64,000 nucleotides of DNA, taken from NCBI GenBank assembly GCA_907165135.1, contig OU015568.1:13268001-13332000 (forward strand), read 5' to 3'. Below the pieces are notes generated by a model. That model was given only the letters and a program-made list of their open reading frames with translations. It made no database searches and was not told the origin of the DNA. Both the position numbers and the translations under genes were made by a program. Positions 24,369 to 37,546 of the stretch are shown piece after piece; position 1 is the stretch's first letter; the number at the start of each line of letters is the position of its first letter. The DNA comes from Oikopleura dioica. Lineage: Eukaryota; Animalia; Chordata.

Positions 24369-25487
24369 ATGAGTTTTTATTTGGAGCAAACTGTAGCGCT
24401 TGTTCTTCGGGGAAGCAACGCGAAACCGCCAGAGCTAGAAATAACGTCTAATGGAAAGCTTTCGCGCATATCGGAGACAGAGAAGGAGGATATTATGGGA
24501 CGATTTGAGAAGTGGCTTGAGGATTGTGTGAGTTTCCCGCGAGTTCATACGACCAATTCGCCGGTTGTTTTGAGAGATTCTTCTGATGGCCAATTCCTGA
24601 TGCGTGACTTTAACAAGTTCTCCAAACTTTTTGGAAAACGTGAAGGCTCGATAATGACTTTTGATAAATTCGAAGCAGCCTATCTTCAACTTTCAAGCCA
24701 CGTTTCAATTATTTGCAATGGGAAACATCTGAGTTGTCGAGAAGTCTTTTCTGAGCTTCTTAATGTTTCATCCATGACACAGGCGCAGCTGATGTTTTGG
24801 CTATTCCGGGCGAATTACAAACTTGCTGCAAGCACCGCCACTGTCAAAATTAATCAGCATCGGATTCTGAACATTCCAAAAATGATCAAAGCGAATAGAA
24901 AACCTGACGAAGGTGGCATTTCAACTCTGAGAGGGAAAACATCTCTTGGGCAAAAAGGTAGACCTCCAAGAGGATGGTTTGAAGAATCATGGAGTCCAAG
25001 CGAACCTGGACGCAATCAAGGAGACATTTTACGTAGACTGTATCACAGCGGAAGATATTCTCTAGAACTAAAAGATGTTTACGGAAAATGGCGTGACTGG
25101 AAGGAGAAACGGCAGATAAAGCTTGAAGAATTGAGAAAGGCTCACGATATCTCCAAGATCAAACCAGTAAAACAATTCCATTTGTCATGTCTGGAGACGA
25201 AGACGGTGAGTGCCCATCAAGTACCATTTATCCAGTCAGTTATTCCCTCTGAATCTTCTCAAGCAGCTTCTCCAGTTGTTATTTGCAAGCGAGGGACAAA
25301 ACAGAAGCCATGGGCCAACGACAATAAGGTCGAACATGTGATCAACTATTTTACTCCTCATGAACTCGTGCCAAATAGCACTTTCCTTTCAAATAACATT
25401 TGCGCGGTAGTAGAAGGTCGTAACGCTCTTTTCTTTAAATTTTCTGATACAGAGCTGCCCTCGCCCAACGACTTTGTCAAGAAATAA
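24369..25487 (+). CDS. Intronless 372-aa orphan ORF between SLC25A3 and ACC
   Basis: Long open frame with its ATG directly after CCTAG-a (acceptor-like). No recognisable domain. Confidence 0.6.
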   Translation: MSFYLEQTVALVLRGSNAKPPELEITSNGKLSRISETEKEDIMGRFEKWLEDCVSFPRVHTTNSPVVLRDSSDGQFLMRDFNKFSKLFGKREGSIMTFDKFEAAYLQLSSHVSIICNGKHLSCREVFSELLNVSSMTQAQLMFWLFRANYKLAASTATVKINQHRILNIPKMIKANRKPDEGGISTLRGKTSLGQKGRPPRGWFEESWSPSEPGRNQGDILRRLYHSGRYSLELKDVYGKWRDWKEKRQIKLEELRKAHDISKIKPVKQFHLSCLETKTVSAHQVPFIQSVIPSESSQAASPVVICKRGTKQKPWANDNKVEHVINYFTPHELVPNSTFLSNNICAVVEGRNALFFKFSDTELPSPNDFVKK

Positions 25488-25528
25488 TCACTTGATGGAT
25501 CCTGTTAAGTTTACTGAATTCAGATGAA

Positions 25529-28500
25529 ATGCACAGTCGTCGTCGCGAGCAACACACTCCGCAGGAATGTGCCTCTATGGCCGAGTTTGTGTCCCGCCAC
25601 AATGGTAAAAAGATAATCGAGAAAGTACTGATCGCGAATAATGGAATCGCGGCTGTTAAATGCATTCGCTCAATCAGAAGATGGGTAAGATATTGTTGCG
25701 AGATGCGTCGTAAGATTACGTACCTTTTTTATAGTGTTACGAGACGTTCCGCAACGAGAGGACAGTAAAGTTCGTTGTCATGGTTTCCCCTGAAGACCTC
25801 GAAGCGAATGCAGAGTTCATTCGCCTTGCCGATCAATACGTTCCAGTTCCCGGCGGCTCGAATCATAACAATTATGCTAACTGCGACCTTATTGCAGAAA
25901 TCGCCCGCGCTAAAAATGTCCAAGCCGTTTGGGCTGGATGGGGACACGCTTCTGAGAATCCAAAGCTACCTGACTTACTTGCAAAAAGCGGAATAGAATT
26001 CTTAGGCCCTCCAAGTAATGCGATGAGAGCTTTGGGTGATAAAATCAGCTCTGCCATCATTGCACAGAGTGTTGGATTGCCAACGCTAAAGTGGTCTGGA
26101 GAAGGAATAACGTGCGAGAATGGAATAGTGACAGAGAAACACTACAAACAAGCATGCGTGGATACACTTGACAAAGCTGTCGATGAGGCAGATCGAATCG
26201 GCTATCCGCTAATGATCAAGGCTGCCAATGGCGGCGGTGGAAAAGGAATACGAAAGTGTGAGCGAAAAGAAGACTTTCCAACGCTCTATCGCCAAGTAAA
26301 AGCAGAAGTATCTGGAAGCTCGATCTTCCTGATGGAATTCGCAGATGAAGCACGCCATCTCGAAGTTCAACTGCTTTGTGACCAGCTTGGAAATGCGATC
26401 TCATTGTATGGACGCGATTGTTCAATTCAAAGACGTCATCAGAAGATCATTGAAGAGGCACCTCAGACAATAGCGCCAAAGGATCAGTGGAAACATATGG
26501 AAGAAGGTGCAGTGCGACTTGCGAAACTGGTGGGCTACCACTCGACAGGCACAGTTGAGTATTTATATGACCCGAAGAAGGAGCGCTTTTGTTTTCTCGA
26601 GCTAAACCCGAGGCTTCAAGTTGAACATCCATGCACTGAAATGATTTCTGATGTTAATCTGCCGGCCACTCAACTTTGTGTCGGACTTGGAATAAGTCTT
26701 GATGAAATGCCTTTGCTAAGCCCAATTTACGAGACTATCGATGGAAAATTGAACATAACTTCTCAAGAAAATCCAAGAGGCCATGTGATTGCGTGTCGAA
26801 TAACTGCTGAGAATCCAGACGAAGGATTTCGCCCTGGAAGTGGCACAGTCCAGGAGTTAAATTTCCGAAGCTCAAAGAACGTCTGGGGTTACTTTTCTGT
26901 TGTTGCGTCTGGCTCGCTTCACGAATACTGTGATTCGCAATTCGGGCATATTTTTGCATGGGGCGAAACAAGAGCGCAAGCTACGTCGAATCTGGGGATG
27001 GTCTTGCGCGAAATATCAATCAGAGGCGACTTCAGAACTACTGTCGAGTATTTGTCTCATCTGATTGAAAGTGAGACCTTTCGTAACTCGTCATTTTCGA
27101 CTGGCTGGCTTGATCACCTTATTGCTACGCGTGATCGACCGGAAGTCCACGATGAACGAATTTCAGCAATTTGCACCGCGCTTCATATCGCTGACCGGCA
27201 TTGGTCGACTGTAACTGAGCAGTACAAATCAGCTCTAGAAAAGGGACAAATTCTGCCAATTCAAAGTTTGCCTCCGAAAGAACTCCCGCTTAATCTAATC
27301 CTTGGAAACCAACTGATATCCTTGAAGATTTCTCGACCAGCTCAATCGAGCTTCTGCATCGAGCTCAACAATACGCAACTTATTGTGAGCATCTTCCGAC
27401 TTTCCGACTCTGGAATTTTGGTTCAACTCAATGGAGTATCGTACTGTTCTTATTTGCAAGAGACAGCTGAAAACTACCGCGTTACGATCAACAATCAAAC
27501 TGTTGTTTTTGATAAAGAGAAGGACCCAAGTTTGATTACTTCTTCTTCCGCTGGCAAACTCGTGCGATTTCTTGTCGAAGATGGATCTCCAGTTGTGGAA
27601 GGTCAAGATGTCGCAGAGTTAGAAGTCATGAAAATGGTGATGACCGTCAAAGTATCTCTCCCAGGGAAGATCATTCATTCTAAGAAACCAGGCGCGTTCT
27701 TGTCAAACGGAAGCGTCATTGCTCGCCTAGAGCTTGGACCAAACTTACGGGTACCAAAGCCACAAATATACATGCGCGACTTATCTGAGTTTGTCCCTGA
27801 CAATGATTCTGAGTCAACAGCAAGTCTAAGTTCTGGTGAGTCTCATGTTTCTATTCGCCGGAAAACTGGAAGTGACGGCGCTGCAATAATTGCCCGTGAG
27901 ATGAGAAAGAAATCTGGATCAACTGGCAGCATACATTCTACTTCCACTCGAGACAGAAGACATCCACCACATAAGCAACTCGAAAAAGTCATTTCGAATA
28001 TACATGCTGTTCTTGACGGGTATTCTGTTGCCGGAGAAAGGATCGAAAAATGGGTCAAACGACTGTAAGATCGCATTATTTTGTAACGGGCCTTTATTAT
28101 TATTTAGCGTATCCCAGATGTTTGCAATATTTCAAAATAGACGACTGCCCCTTTACGAACTGAGAGAAGTGATGACTCGACTTTCGGGGAGGATACCGGA
28201 TGAATTAGAAGGTCAAATTAATGAGGAGTTGAAAAGATATGGACATCGTCTTGGTTCCATGCTCACAAGATTCCCTTCTATGAGAATTCTGGTACTAACA
28301 CATGTTTTGATCCATTTAACAGTTTTCTTTTAGAAATTTATGAATCTGTACGCCGCCAAAATAACTAATCCAGACGACCGTAACTTTCACTACGTCAGTG
28401 TCAGCCAAATAGAAACATTGTGTCATAAATATGTCGACGATATAAGAGGACTTCAGAAGAGCGTTATAAAAGAAATGCTAAAGAAGTTTACCGATATTGA

Positions 28501-31500
28501 AAAGCACTTCCAGTCAAAGACATTCGAGAAGAGCGTGAAGGAGATACTTATCAAGAATGAGGATCTTGACTTGACCACGAAAATGATTCTGTCTCATCGA
28601 AATCGAATCGAGAAGAGCAAGTTGATACACGAGATCCTCAATGTCCTGCTGAAGCACGACGCGGAAATGATTCTAGGTATTCTCTACTCATTGGTGATAG
28701 ATGACAATCTGAATTTCAGAAATGCAGGAAGAAATTGATGAAGTGGCAACTTTGCGCTCTTGTTCTTGTGCTCTTACCGCCCGTCAAGTACTAATCACAG
28801 GTCATCAACCGAGCTTCCAACGCCGTCACAATCAAATTGAGAGTATATTTCTATCTGCAATTGATAACTCTGCAAATGCCCTTGTTTTCCCTGCCAGGCT
28901 TCAGCAGCTGGTTGTCTCAGAAACAGCTATTTTCGACGTGCTGCCGGAGTTTTTCTATCACAAACTCGAGCTAGTTCGTTTTGCTGCTTTGGAAGTCTAT
29001 GTTCAGAGGTTAGAGCACCTTTTAGTATTTAGAACAGACTCTGTACCCGAACTTTCATTTTAGAGCCTACACCGCCTACATCATCGAATGCGTCGAATCC
29101 ATCGAGATTGGTACGTCCAAAGCCGCGGTCGAATTCCAGTTTTCCCTTCCCTGCAATCACCCATCTCGTCAGTCATCCTTCGCCAACATTCCACCTCCGG
29201 GCATTGCGCAGAATCGCGAATCTTTTCCAGATCTATGCATCGCCGGCTATGAATACGAAAAGAACTTTGAAGAGCTGTCTCGTTTCGGTCGAACTGGATT
29301 GATGGTAGCATATGAAAATCTTGAAGACTTCGAGAATAATATTTACGATGTGCTGACTTGCTTTGGCTACCTAAAGTCAGAAGAATCTGACGAAGAGTCT
29401 GACTCGTCAGAACTCACTGAACATCCATACATGAGTGATGATGACGACCCTTATGGCGCGAAATCCCCACCAGGCCGAGGATATGATCCGCCATCAGACC
29501 AGGTCTTTTTCGTTGGTAAATCGCGTAATCAAGGACCAGCAGTGCACACACTCAATGTCTTCCTCCGCTCGAAGAAAGGAGGCGAAGATGACGAGATGCT
29601 TGAGAAACGTTTCCGCGAGTTTTCACAAAACTATCAAAAAGACTTCAGAAACGCATGCATCCGCCGCATAACTTTCGCAGTTCACAAGAAGAGTCACATG
29701 CCTAAGTTCTTCACATTCCGATCACGAGATGAGTACAAAGAAGATGAAATTTACCGTCATCTTGAGCCGGCCCTCGCTTTCCAACTGGAATTGTCTCGCC
29801 TGAGAAACTTCACTTTGAAGCTTTATCAAACACAGAATCACCGCATGCATCTTTACCATGGAATTGCCAAGAATCAGTGTGGAAAAGAATCGATAGACCA
29901 TCGTTTCTTTGTGCGCGCTATTATTCGCCATTCAGATCTGATCACAGAAGAAGCGAGCTTCAGTTACCTTCGTTCTGAGGGCGAACGGCTTCTCATTGAA
30001 TCTCTCGACGAGCTAGAAGTTGCCATCAAGTCGCATAGCTACAAAACTGACCAGAATCATGTGTTTCTGAACTTCGCGCCATCCGTCAACATGGAGGCCA
30101 ATGAAGTTCTCAATTCGGTCAGTGAGGTTGTTCTCAAATATGGACGGCGGCTATGGGAACTGCGAGTTACACAAGCTGAGCTTAAGATTAATGTCCGCCA
30201 GGAAGAGGAAACAACTTCTTATCGCATCTTCCTGAGCTCAGAAGACGGTTTCCGCCTTGAGACACATCTTTATCGCGAAGTCGTTCAGTCACAAAAGACG
30301 ATCTTTGTTTCAATCGGCCCAGAAGAAGATCCAGGTCCCCTCAATGGACTTTCAACTGACACACCTTACAGTACTAAAGATCTTCTCCAAACTGCTCGCT
30401 ACAAGGCTCAATCAGCTGGCTGTGCATATGCTTACGATTATCCGTCTCTCTTCAAATCTGCATTGAAGAGCTCTTGGGAAGATAGAAAGGTAAAACACCC
30501 CAAAGATCTGTTTACATGCAACGAGCTTATACTCGACAAAAGTGGCAAACTTCATGAGGTAACGCGTGATCCAGCACAGAACACTGTAGGTATGGTTGCC
30601 TGGCGCATGAAGTTTAGCCAGCCAACGATAGAAGGCAAAAGGGAGATCGTCGTTATCTCCAATGACAGTACAGTCCAACAAGGTAGTTTTGGTCCCGCTG
30701 AAGACGCGTTGTTTGCCGCAGCGAGTAAATTGGCTCGCGATGAAGGTATACCGCGAATTTACATAACTGGCAACAATTCTGGCGCCCGGATCGGTCTCAG
30801 CAAAGATATACAGAGCTGCTTCCAGGTTGCGTGGAAAGACAAGGAGGCAGGACTTGTGGAGTATTTTTATCTGTCTTCGACTGATTACAGCAAATTCTCA
30901 AGCCAAGTCATTGCGGAACATGTCAATTACGAAAATGAGTCAAGGTACAAAATTAACGCCATCATCGGATCTGCCGATTGTGGCACAGCAGCTCTAGCTG
31001 GCTCAGGGCTGATTGCGGGCGAAACGAGCAAAGCCTATCGCGAAATCCCAACGATATCACTTGTCACTGGTCGGGCTGTTGGAATCGGAGCTTACTTGGT
31101 CAGACTGGGTCAACGCGTGGTCCAGGTCGAATCGAGCTTCGTGATTTTGACTGGCTTCGTTGCGCTCAATTCTGTTCTTGGGTCCAGTGTCTACTCGTCA
31201 AATCAACAACTCGGTGGGCCTCAGATCATGTCAAAGAACGGAGTATCTCATCTGACTGTTGCCGACGATTATGCAGGCATTAGAACCGTTCTCCATTGGC
31301 TGAGCTACATTCCAGTCAAGGGCAAGCTTCTGAAAGTGCCAAAATTAATTTGTGATGATCCTCCAGAGCGCCAAGTCACCGTTCAAATCAAGGAGAAAAT
31401 ATATGATGCACGCAGGATCCTGGCTGGAGACGACGATCATCTTGGCATTTTAGATCGAGGATCTCTGCTTGAACTCCAGCCAGATTGGGCTAAGACGGTT

Positions 31501-32691
31501 CTTATTGGCAGAGGTAGATTAGGAGGAATCCCAATTGGTGTTATTGCTGCCGAAACAAGACAAGTAACGAGTCTAGTTCCTGCCGATCCAGCTGATCGAA
31601 ACTCTCACGAAAAAGTAATCACTCAAGCGGGCTCCGTGTGGTTTCCAGATTCAGCTTTCAAGACCGCCCAGGCCATCAAAGATATCGACCAAGAAGGCCT
31701 TCCGCTGTTGATTCTAGCGAACTGGCGTGGTTTTCAGGAGGAATGAAGGACATGTACGACCAAGTTTTGAAATTCGGTGCGATGATTGTCGACGCATTAT
31801 CTGAGTTCAAATCAGGACCTGTTCTGATTTACATCCCGCCACTGGGCGAGCTCCGAGGAGGAGCCTGGGCCGTACTCGACAAGTCCATCAATCCATCGAA
31901 AATCGAGCTTTTGCTGATCCAAATAGTCGATCCGGTGTGTTAGAGCCAGAAGGAACCGTGAAGATCAAACTAAAGGACAAGAACCTCCAGGAGCTCATGT
32001 GTCGCTTTGACCAGCAGATGAAAGAGCTTCAGGCGACTCTCAACAGTGGCAATTTGACAACGGAAGAGATCGGCAAAACATCGGAGCTAACGACTTTGAG
32101 GAGCAAATCTCTTCATGACGCGTACCACAATCTTGCGATTCAATTTGCAGACCTTCATGACATGCCACGTAAGTTATCTTCAAACATCGAAAGTTGAGTT
32201 GTGTTTTAGAAGCAGTTGCGAGCAAACGCTGCTTGACAAAAGTTGTGCCACTTGCAGAATGCCGCCATTTCCTTTACAACCGACTTCGGAGAAAGTTACT
32301 TGAGGACAATTGCGTGGATTTGATTCAAGAAAGTGATCCCGATGTGACCCGGGATGAAGCAATAGCCACACTTGAGCGTTACTTCTTCCAGAACCATCTC
32401 AAGAGCGGTATCAAATGGGACGAAGATATCCCCGTTGAAAAGTGGCTAGCTGAGCAGCTTGAGAATAAAAATTCGCACTTGAACATTTTAATTCAACAAA
32501 ATCAACACGATCAATGTCTGAAGCAAGTGCTCAAGTTGTCGGAGAACCAAGAAGTCGACCAAATTGCGGATATGTTCCAGGTAAACATATACTTTTTCAT
32601 CATGTTATAAATCCTTGTTTAGAGTTTACTGGACTCCTTGTCAGATGAAAAGCAGAAACAAGTCCTCTCTATCATCAACGTCAATCGATAG
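25529..32691 (+). CDS. ACACA: Acetyl-CoA carboxylase (BC-BCCP-CT), with two apparent -1 indels
   Basis: [46 protein letters not shown], biotin site [46 protein letters not shown]. The frame breaks at T runs 31731-31734 and 31909-31912. Confidence 0.97.
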
Positions 32692-33036
32692 AATACTCAA
32701 TCAAAGTTCACTTTTTATTATCTGCCATAACTTTCTATCAATGAGATCTACTGTCTATCGCTTTAATATATTATATATTTTTGATTTAACTGCAAATAAG
32801 TACCTATTATGACAGAGCAAAATTCAAGTTTTTGAAGTTACTTTTTGAAACCTTTCGAACATTCGTACTAGAGTTTTGCCTTTTTACGTCAGAATTCACA
32901 ACAATTCCACTTCTGTTTTTCGCACCTTGCAACTTTTCCCTGATGATTCACAACCTACTATTCTTCAAATTCATTAAAAACCATAGTATGCAAACTTTTA
33001 AATCTTCATGTTTAAAAGATCTATTCTCCTCTTAGA

Positions 33037-33480
33037 ATGAGCAATCAAACGCACCCATGCAACTCGATAATCTACCCGGGCGCAACCAACCAGACAAAGA
33101 GAAAATCTTCCCTTTTATGCGAAAAATGCTACTCTTTTTACGTTTTTAACGAATTTATTAATATCAATCTTGGTTAAGATTTTTCTGCGGACATGTCGGG
33201 ACTCTTTCGGGATCCAAAAATTAGTCTTATTATTGACGAAAAGTGGCGGAATGCGGTTTTGCCCATAGACGACCTTGAGATTAATTCGGACTTTATTCCT
33301 AACGAAGGTAATTGAGTATTTTCTCTTCAGAAAGACTTAATTCGTCGTGTAAATAAAATAATGAGTAAGAGCGCGCAGAGTTTACGTAACGTAATTTTCA
33401 GAGGAAAATGAAGAAAGCAAAGAATGTGCAATCGATCTCGAGCGAAAGTGGAACGAACACCTTGATATAGCCACTCGATG
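33037..33480 (+). CDS. Possible small spliced gene between ACC and ACAA2
   Basis: CTTAG-a-ATG start context like neighbouring operon genes. A CEKC motif is present and a putative last exon reads EENEESKECAIDLERKWNEHLDIATR*. Exon structure is unresolved. Confidence 0.3.
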
Positions 33481-33706
33481 ATCAGCTCTAGAACAATGTT
33501 CTGTTTACTTCGCTCATCCTGAATCGAACTGGCTGACAGATAAAATACTGTCCTTGTTGCTCCTCTTGGAATACTGTCCTTGTTGCTCTCTGCTAAAAAC
33601 AGATCATTTTCTGTTCGAATCATTTATCGAACGTCCTTTAGGAAAATTAAGAAGATAACAATATATAAACTAAGCACGTAAAAACTTTCGATTTTTAAAA
33701 TTTAGA

Positions 33707-35030
33707 ATGGCCCTTAAACTGACCAAAGAAGTCTTCATTGTTGGCGCTAAGCGAACCCCCTTCGGTGGATTCGGCGGTGCCCTCAAGGACTTCACTGCCA
33801 ATGACCTCCAGACTCACGCTAATGTTGCTGCCATGGCTCAGGCTGGCGTCGATCCCTCCCTCGTCGACTCCGTGTGCGTCGGAAACGTCATGCAGAGCTC
33901 CAGCGATGCCGCTTACATTGCCCGACATAGTGCTCTCCGCGCTGGTATCGACAAGGCCACCCCTGTTTGACCGTCAATCGACTCTGTGGGTCGGGTTTCG
34001 AATCTATCAACATGATTGCCATGGAAATCGAACTTGGCATGACCCAGATCGGTATTGGAGGTGGTGCTGAATCCATGTCTCAGGCTCCTTACGCCCTCCG
34101 AGGTGCTCGATTCGGCACTCGACTTGGCCAAGATCTCAAGCTTGAGGACACTCTCTGGGCTGGTCTTACTGATCAAAACATCAAGCTTCCCATGGGTATC
34201 ACCGCTGAGAATCTTGCTGTTCAGTATGGCATCACCATGGAAGAAGCTAATGCCCATGCTTACCAGACCCAGCAACGATGGCTCGCTGCCAACGAGGCTG
34301 GTCATTTCAAGGTTTGAATGATTGAAGTATTGGCAATGACTTATATTTAGGCGGAAATGGCCCCAATGGATGTCAAGATCCGCCGAAAGCCCGTCTCGAT
34401 GGATTTTGATGAACATCCCAAGCCACAGACTACCCTCGAGCAGCTCAACAAGCTCAAGCCCGTCTTCAAGAAAGATGGCACTGTGAATGCTGGTAATGCT
34501 TCTGGTGTCTGTGACGGTGCTGCCGCTGTCGTTGTAGCCTCTGCCGAAGCTGTCAAGGCGCACAACCTTACTCCTCTTGCTCGAATCGTTTCCTTTGCTT
34601 CCGCTGGCTGTGAACCTAAAGTCATGGGCATCGGACCTGTCCCTGCTACCAAGCAGGCTCTTGCTGCTGCTGGTCTCACTTTGGATCAGATGGATCTCAT
34701 CGAGGTTAACGAGGCTTTCGCTCCTCAATTCCTCGCTGTCCAGAAGGAACTTGGCCTCGACAACGACAAGACCAACCTTTGTGGTGGTGCTATCGCCATT
34801 GGCCATCCGTAAGTCTCGATATTTATAGCGTTTGTTCATGTTCTGTTTAGTCTTGGTGCCTCCGGTACTCGAATCACTGGTCACTTGGCCCACGCTTTGA
34901 ATCGAACTGGCTCCAAGTACGCTCTCGGGTCCGCCTGCATCGGTGGCGGCCAGGGTATCACCATCATCCTGTAAGACTTTTCAATTCATGCCAGGTTTTT
35001 TAATCATTTTTTAGCGAAAACATGCAATGA
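33707..35030 (+). CDS. ACAA2: Mitochondrial 3-ketoacyl-CoA thiolase, with one apparent -1 indel
   Basis: AKRTPFGGFGG, TVNRLCGSGF (catalytic Cys), GGAESMSQAPY, GTVNAGNASGVCDGAAA, EVNEAFAPQ, GGAIAIGHP, GSACIGGGQG. The frame breaks at T run 33966-33968. Confidence 0.97.
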
Positions 35031-35196
35031 TTTCGTCGGATGCTTATTTATTCTGATCACAAGATCGCAAGTACTCATTCATAAAGTAACACGATTGAGA
35101 AATTTCTCGTTCTCCACATGTTTACTCCACTGATAACTGTTAATGCTAGTTTATAGATTCATAATTTTAAATCTTTCCTTGTTCAGAAATTCGCTC

Positions 35197-35622
35197 ATGA
35201 CCGCCACAGACACTATTGGTAGCCGTAAATCGGGCCGTAGCTGGAAGACCTCTAAGAAGCCCATTCACACGATGACACCAAAGGGAGCTAACTCACAAAA
35301 GAAATGGAAAGCTAAGATGGACGAAAAGCTACGTATGCACCAGATGAAGGTGAGTTCAAGGAGTAATTACCCAATTAACGGGATTAAGATGAGGGAGCGA
35401 GAAATAATTGCTCAAAGGAATGAAGAAAAGGAAGCCGAGCGTATCCGTATCGAAGAGAAGAAACGTCAGCAAGAAGAAAACGAATGGAAACAGGCGAAGT
35501 CTCAGGGTCAAATTGTGACGGACGCAAAGAAGATCAAAAAGCTCGAAGCGAAAGAAATAAAACAAAAGAAACGGGCCGCCCGACGAAAGTCGAAAATGAA
35601 GGGACCATCAAAGTTGAAATAA
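35197..35622 (+). CDS. CCDC86: CCDC86/Cgr1-family nucleolar coiled-coil protein
   Basis: GSRKSGRSWKT, KWKAKMDEK and RIEEKKRQQEENEWK...QIVTDAKKIKKL match the Cgr1 pattern. Confidence 0.75.
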   Translation: MTATDTIGSRKSGRSWKTSKKPIHTMTPKGANSQKKWKAKMDEKLRMHQMKVSSRSNYPINGIKMREREIIAQRNEEKEAERIRIEEKKRQQEENEWKQAKSQGQIVTDAKKIKKLEAKEIKQKKRAARRKSKMKGPSKLK

Positions 35623-35686
35623 ACTCTGACACACTGCTCCCTAAACGCAATCCGTATGAACTTCAAATAATCCATTGAACTTCAGA

Positions 35687-36132
35687 ATGAACCGAATTTT
35701 GGCTGTCCCCACCCGAGTCCTCTCCCGACGAACCCTCGTCTCTTCCCTCGAGACTGGCGGTCATGCTCACGCCCGAAAGCCAGTGGCGCTCTTCTCCGCT
35801 CACCCCGCCTACTTCCGACCACTCGGTAATATTGAACTTCCTTTTCACTGCTAATTCTATTCAGGTTTGGTTCTTATGGCCACGGCTTACATCCCAGCCA
35901 TCTACTTTTACTACGACATCACCTTCAACCAGCGAAAGGCAGAGACCTCCATCCTCGTCGGCCTTTTCGGAGAGGAGGGATTCCGTAAGTATTACCAAAT
36001 CAAGATTTATAACCCACCAAACTTTTAGTCCGAGACTTGAACCTCTGCGTCGTCTTTACCCTCACCGGCATGGTCACCTTCTGGGCCGGCCGAGTGTTGT
36101 TCTTCCACAACCTCAACATCTGGTCCGCCTAA
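35687..36132 (+). CDS. 120-aa protein with a mitochondrial-presequence-like N-terminus and two hydrophobic segments
   Basis: Three exons (35687-35825, 35865-35984, 36029-36132) are joined by 39- and 44-nt GT-AG introns into a phase-consistent 363-nt CDS: MNRILAVPTRVLSRRTLVSS...GLVLMATAYIPAIYFYY...LCVVFTLTGMVTFWAGRVLFFHNLNIWSA*. Confidence 0.7.
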
Positions 36133-36273
36133 GTGCATTCAAATTAATTTCTGTCAGATACACACTTTGAAATCTCCCTCCTTATTTATTGTCAGTAACG
36201 CTTACTAATAGATTATTTGACAGAATACTCGACTCTTTGTGTTCATTTTTTAATAATTCTTTTGTGTATCAGA

Positions 36274-37471
36274 ATGGCTCGAGGGGCGTTGATAATCTTT
36301 GAAGGGGTCGATAGATCGGGCAAGTCGACGCAAATCAAGCGTATTTTCAATCAAATGCTTAATAAAGGTGAAAAAGTGTATCTGACACGTTTTCCTGAGG
36401 TGAGCTACTTCCTTTGATGCATTGGGTTAATAAGAGTTCTAGAGGACAAGCGAAATCGGACAGACCATTAACGGGTACCTGACGAGCTCTAACAACCTTT
36501 CGGACCAAGCTATTCACTTGCTTTTCTCCGCAAACCGATGGGAACATGCTCGTAAGTCTACCTGCGTGAAAAAGGAAAAAAAGTAGGACAAAAATATAGT
36601 GAAATTTCGTTCATTATAATGAAAATATATATTTTTCGGAGATTCTAATTGTAAAAGTGTATTTGCAGTTTTTTTGATAGAAAATGCAGGTTTTTCGTTT
36701 TAGCTCCATTTCCTCGTGCTCTCCTAGATAGGTTTTCTCATCATTCGTCCCACCTTTTTAGGAGGCTGATCTGAGAAATCGTCTCGGTTTTTTCTTCAAA
36801 AACTTTTTTCTGAAAAAAATTTTTTTGATTTATTTATCTGGTATTTAATCCTTTCTTACCTTAAATATACGGCGATCGGACTTGAGTAAGTTCGAAAACT
36901 GATTATTTTTAGTTCTGATGCCCTGATAACAACAGTTTATCTAGAGATTTTGCATAAAAATTTAAGAAAAATTAGAAATCTAATTAGTGAATCTCGGGCG
37001 AAATTAGTTGGAAAATTTAATGCACGTTCAGAGAGCATTTTGAACTACCTGAACAACGGGACATCAGTTTTGGTCGACAGATACGCATTTTCTGGTGTCG
37101 CTTTTACCGCTGCAAAGGGGCTTGATCTCGAGTGGTGCAAAAATCCCGACCGAGGACTTCCAAAACCAGATCTTGTTCTTCAGCTTGACGTTGACGAAGA
37201 AACTGCAAAAAGCAGAGGTGGCTTTGGAGAAGAAAGATATGAAAAAGTGGAGTTTCAGCGAAAAGTTAGAAGCCTATATTCTCGGTTGAAAGAAGAACAC
37301 AGTGATGTAAGTCGTATAAAACTGAGCTGATTGAAATGAGTGCATTAGATTTGGAAGGTGATCGACGCATCTGGAACAGCAGATGAACTGACACCTCAGC
37401 TTCAAAGTTTTGTTGATGAAACTATCAAAAACTGTCAAAATAATGATATCGAAAAATTGTGGATCAATTGA
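36274..37471 (+). CDS. DTYMK: Thymidylate kinase
   Basis: [18 protein letters not shown] (P-loop), [42 protein letters not shown]. Confidence 0.97.
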
Positions 37472-37546
37472 GACTAAACATGTGCAATATTTTACCTGCC
37501 AACATGCAATAGCCAGAATTTACCATTCCTTCTTTCTACAATTATT

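Noticed and set aside
33327-33623. 98-aa minus-strand ORF as a gene divergent from ACAA2
   Set aside because: No homology, and the + strand shows a better start context and exon-like segments over the same interval.
31731-33968. ACC and ACAA2 as pseudogenes
   Set aside because: All catalytic motifs and splice sites are intact, and the breaks are single missing Ts in homopolymers, as seen throughout the window.
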